Origin: Candidatus Gastranaerophilales bacterium
GTDB taxonomy: Bacteria > Cyanobacteriota > Vampirovibrionia > Gastranaerophilales > JANQFW01
Assembly (NCBI GenBank): GCA_028282645.1
Contig: JANQHM010000064.1
Span: 1 to 42,595, forward strand
DNA: 42,595 bases
Reading direction: 5' to 3'
Positions within the stretch are counted from its first letter, which is position 1, and each line of letters opens with the position of its first letter. A program made the position numbers and the translations under genes. Under the pieces are notes generated by a model. It was given only the letters and a program-made list of their open reading frames with translations, searched no databases and had not been told where the DNA came from. This document shows positions 39,791 through 42,595 of the stretch, piece by piece.

Positions 39791-41890
39791 ATGAACAAGC
39801 AAAAGGAAATAGAACAGCTATTAACAAAGCAAAAAGAAAAGATAAATACATATTTATCAAAATTCACTCTGATTCAAAAAATGGCGCAAAATAATCATAA
39901 TAATTTTATTTATGATAATATTACTCAGTTTTGCAGAAAAAATAAATGGACAGAAACAGATAACTCATCAAATGTTCTCGTAGGCATAAATCAAAATTTA
40001 ATTTCAGCACAAGTTAAAAATGAAATAAAAAGCGCTATCAATTTGTTATATGATCAGGAATCCTGTGAAGATATATACAAGGAAATTGAAAGTTTAATCC
40101 ATAAAATAAGAAAAGAAAGAGAAAATCAGCAAGATTTAATAAAAGAAGACCTGAAAAGATCTTCCCAATGGTATAAAGACGAAATTTTATATGTATTTTA
40201 TCCTGATCAGTTTGGAGTAAATGACAACAACACGCCCGGCACCTTCAAAGAATGTGCTCAAATGTTAGATTATCTAAAAGATTTAGGAGTAACAACCATT
40301 TATATTCTTCCGTTCCTGGAATCTCCCTTTGGTGATGCAGGCTTTGACGTGAGCAACCCCAAAGGTGTTCGTAAAGATTTAGGTGGAATAGAAGAATTTA
40401 AAGCTCTGGCTAAAAAAGCAAGAAAAAAAGGCATAAAAATAAAAGCTGATTTGATTTTAAATCACTTATCCGACCAGTGCGAATGGTTCCGGCAAGCACT
40501 GCATGGTGACGAAGAAAAAATAAATTACTTTGTTTACAGGGAAAAAATGCCTGATTATGTAAAATACAAAGACCCTCAACTTGGAGTTGTTGTTGACTAT
40601 AAAGAAGATGACGGCAGCATATCATCAAGGCGCTTAATGTTTCCGGATTGCTGCAAAAATCATTTTAGGCGAGAAGTTATCAACGAAAAAGATTATTATT
40701 TTTATCATACATTTTATGATTTTCAACCTGATTTAAATTGGAAAAACCCCAAAGTCCTCTTTCATGCTCTTGATATAGTAGGATTCTGGGCAAATATAGG
40801 CATTGATATATTCAGGCTTGACGCTATACCGTTTTTAGTAGATAAAAAAGGGACAAACGGTGAAAATCTGCTGGAAACACACGCTATTGTCAGAATTATA
40901 AGTTTATTCCTTAAAACAGTTGCCCCGAGGTCGGTTTTACAGGCAGAAGCCTGCGAAATGCCAAAGGAAATTTTGCCTTACTTTGGAGAAGAGCAAATCA
41001 CCAAAAAGGTAAACAATAAATATCTAATGCGAACAAACGGAGTTCAAGTAGCTTATAATTTCCCCTACATGCCTGCAATCTGGGCAAATATATTAACAAA
41101 AGACTGTTGCCATTTTTGGGAGGCTCATAATAATACTCCTAGTATTCCCGAGTCTGCAAGTTGGGCTGTATTTTTAAGAGTTCACGATGAATTAACGCTT
41201 GAGATGGTTTCACAAGATACCAGAAAGCTGGTATACGACAAACTTATTGAAAAAGGCCAAAGCTTTAGAGACGGCCTGGGTGTAAGCGGAAGAATGGCTG
41301 ACTTTTTAGATAATGACAAAAGAAAAATATCTTTAGCATTTTCTATATTAATGTCAATGCCGGGTATGCCCATAATTTACTACGGTGATGAAATCGCGGC
41401 AAACAATAATTACTCTTACGCTCAACAGTCTGAAAACATTAGGAAAATCAAAAATCCAAATATCGAAAATGCTTACGATAGCAGAGATATAAACAGAGGG
41501 CCGATTACAAAAAAACAAGTATGCAATGTTCTTTATAACCCTAAGTGTACAGGGCATAATATTTATAAAAACCTTAAAAAATTAATAAAAGTGCGCAAGG
41601 AAACCATTTGCCTATCCAGAGGATGTATAAGCAATATAGATTCCCAAAATTCAAAGATTTTTTCTTACTTAAGAAAAGATCAAAAGCATTGCGTGTTAGT
41701 TTTAAACAATTTATCAGAATACAAAACAACTGCAACTACCAAGATTACCAATGAGTTAAAACGATTGTTAAGAAATAAATTAATCCTTATAGATTTGATA
41801 TCTAAAAAGCCTGTTAAATTTAAAATTAAAAATTCGGAGCTAAAAATAGAGCTTGAAGCATATCAAAGCTTTTGGATTGGCTTAAAATAA
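39791..41890 (+). CDS. GH13 alpha-amylase family, trehalose synthase (TreS)/amylosucrase-like
   Basis: DAGFDV, DLILNH, QPDLN, FRLDA, AEA, LRVHDELTLE, YYGDE. Confidence 0.88.
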   Translation: MNKQKEIEQLLTKQKEKINTYLSKFTLIQKMAQNNHNNFIYDNITQFCRKNKWTETDNSSNVLVGINQNLISAQVKNEIKSAINLLYDQESCEDIYKEIESLIHKIRKERENQQDLIKEDLKRSSQWYKDEILYVFYPDQFGVNDNNTPGTFKECAQMLDYLKDLGVTTIYILPFLESPFGDAGFDVSNPKGVRKDLGGIEEFKALAKKARKKGIKIKADLILNHLSDQCEWFRQALHGDEEKINYFVYREKMPDYVKYKDPQLGVVVDYKEDDGSISSRRLMFPDCCKNHFRREVINEKDYYFYHTFYDFQPDLNWKNPKVLFHALDIVGFWANIGIDIFRLDAIPFLVDKKGTNGENLLETHAIVRIISLFLKTVAPRSVLQAEACEMPKEILPYFGEEQITKKVNNKYLMRTNGVQVAYNFPYMPAIWANILTKDCCHFWEAHNNTPSIPESASWAVFLRVHDELTLEMVSQDTRKLVYDKLIEKGQSFRDGLGVSGRMADFLDNDKRKISLAFSILMSMPGMPIIYYGDEIAANNNYSYAQQSENIRKIKNPNIENAYDSRDINRGPITKKQVCNVLYNPKCTGHNIYKNLKKLIKVRKETICLSRGCISNIDSQNSKIFSYLRKDQKHCVLVLNNLSEYKTTATTKITNELKRLLRNKLILIDLISKKPVKFKIKNSELKIELEAYQSFWIGLK

Positions 41891-41911
41891 AAGGTGATGG
41901 TCATCACCTTT
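41890..41911. terminator. palindrome between convergent genes
   Basis: AAAGGTGAT-GGTC-ATCACCTTT. Confidence 0.65.
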
Positions 41912-41974
41912 CTTATGTCATCGCTGTAAGCTTTTTATATAACTTAGCTCAACTGATCACTGCCAATTAATATA

Positions 41975-42595
41975 TTAATTACCGAGATATTCAATGTTTC
42001 TTTTTACTGCCAAGGTATTTGGATGACTTTCGCCTAATGAGTTTTTAAATATCTCATAAGCTTTATTGTACAGCTTGAGAGCCTCATCGTAGTTGCCTTG
42101 AGCTCTATGTACTCCCCCAATATTGCTATAAGAAGTAGCGGTATCAGGATGATTAACCCCTAATTCTCTTTCTCTAATATTAATAGCTTTCAAATAAAAC
42201 TTGAGAGCCTTATCGTAGTTGCCTTGATTATAATAAAGTAACCCAATATTGTTATAAGAAGTAGCAGTAGAAGGGTGATTAATCCCTAATACTTTTTCAT
42301 ATATATCAGTAGCTTTCAAATAGAACTTGAGAGCCTCCTCGTTGTTGCCTTGATTATTATAGACTGCTCCAATATTGTTATAAGAAGTAGCGGTATCAGG
42401 ATGATTAACCCCTAATTCTCTTTCTCTAATATTAATAGCTTTCAAATAGAACTTGAGAGCCTCATTGTAGTTGCCTTGAGCATCATAGACTCCCCCAATA
42501 CTGTTATAAGAAGTAGCGGTATCAGGATGATTAACCCCTAATTCTCTTTCTCTAATATTAATAGCTTTCAAATAGAACTTGAGAGCCTCATTGTA
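41975..42595 (-). CDS. C-terminus of a 42-aa TPR (kinesin-light-chain-like) repeat protein, 5' truncated by the window edge
   Basis: Frame stays open to 42595 (YNEALKFY LKA...); repeats of LG.NHP.TATSY..IG. Confidence 0.92.
   Translation of the reverse strand, partial: YNEALKFYLKAINIRERELGVNHPDTATSYNSIGGVYDAQGNYNEALKFYLKAINIRERELGVNHPDTATSYNNIGAVYNNQGNNEEALKFYLKATDIYEKVLGINHPSTATSYNNIGLLYYNQGNYDKALKFYLKAINIRERELGVNHPDTATSYSNIGGVHRAQGNYDEALKLYNKAYEIFKNSLGESHPNTLAVKRNIEYLGN
42075..42595. repeat. 126-bp tandem repeat, at least 4 units
   Basis: TTGAGAGCCT recurs near 42075 and at 42201, 42327, 42453 and 42579. Confidence 0.95.

Noticed and set aside
42075-42595. Diversity-generating retroelement TR/VR pair
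   Set aside because: In-frame tandem coding repeats, differences not adenine-specific, no reverse transcriptase in the window

Overview
AT-rich bacterial chromosomal window, mostly housekeeping and motility genes: DtxR/MntR-family regulator, argS, M23 peptidase, class II (B12-dependent) ribonucleotide reductase, ligA, ileS, APC permease, mgtE, GHL10 hydrolase, suhB, queD, opine-dehydrogenase-like protein, Lys/Orn/Arg decarboxylase, OmpH/Skp, flagellin, kinase-nadD-yqeK, a cheA-cheW-HDOD-cheC-cheD-cheY-fliO-like cluster, methyltransferase, TPR proteins and a TreS-like GH13 enzyme. A diderm marker (Skp) together with Firmicute-style CheC/CheD chemotaxis suggests a non-photosynthetic cyanobacterial relative (Melainabacteria/Vampirovibrionia). 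That assignment is inference only. I saw no tRNA, rRNA, CRISPR array or transposase. The unexplained signal is mostly intergenic: (1) at least 11 full, deleted or partial copies of a TATAC-ended MITE family with ~30-bp imperfect TIRs; (2) three candidate structured RNAs (before the metal regulator, before a TPR gene, before skp); (3) a perfect CsrA consensus hairpin in the flagellin leader; (4) a small gene, a palindromic element, a duplicated promoter core and an opine dehydrogenase with terminal extensions at 21-23.5 kb; (5) an unannotated 57-aa Cys4 protein after argS; (6) a near-identical 126-bp TPR repeat array whose variation clusters in one segment. All folds and alignments were done by eye.
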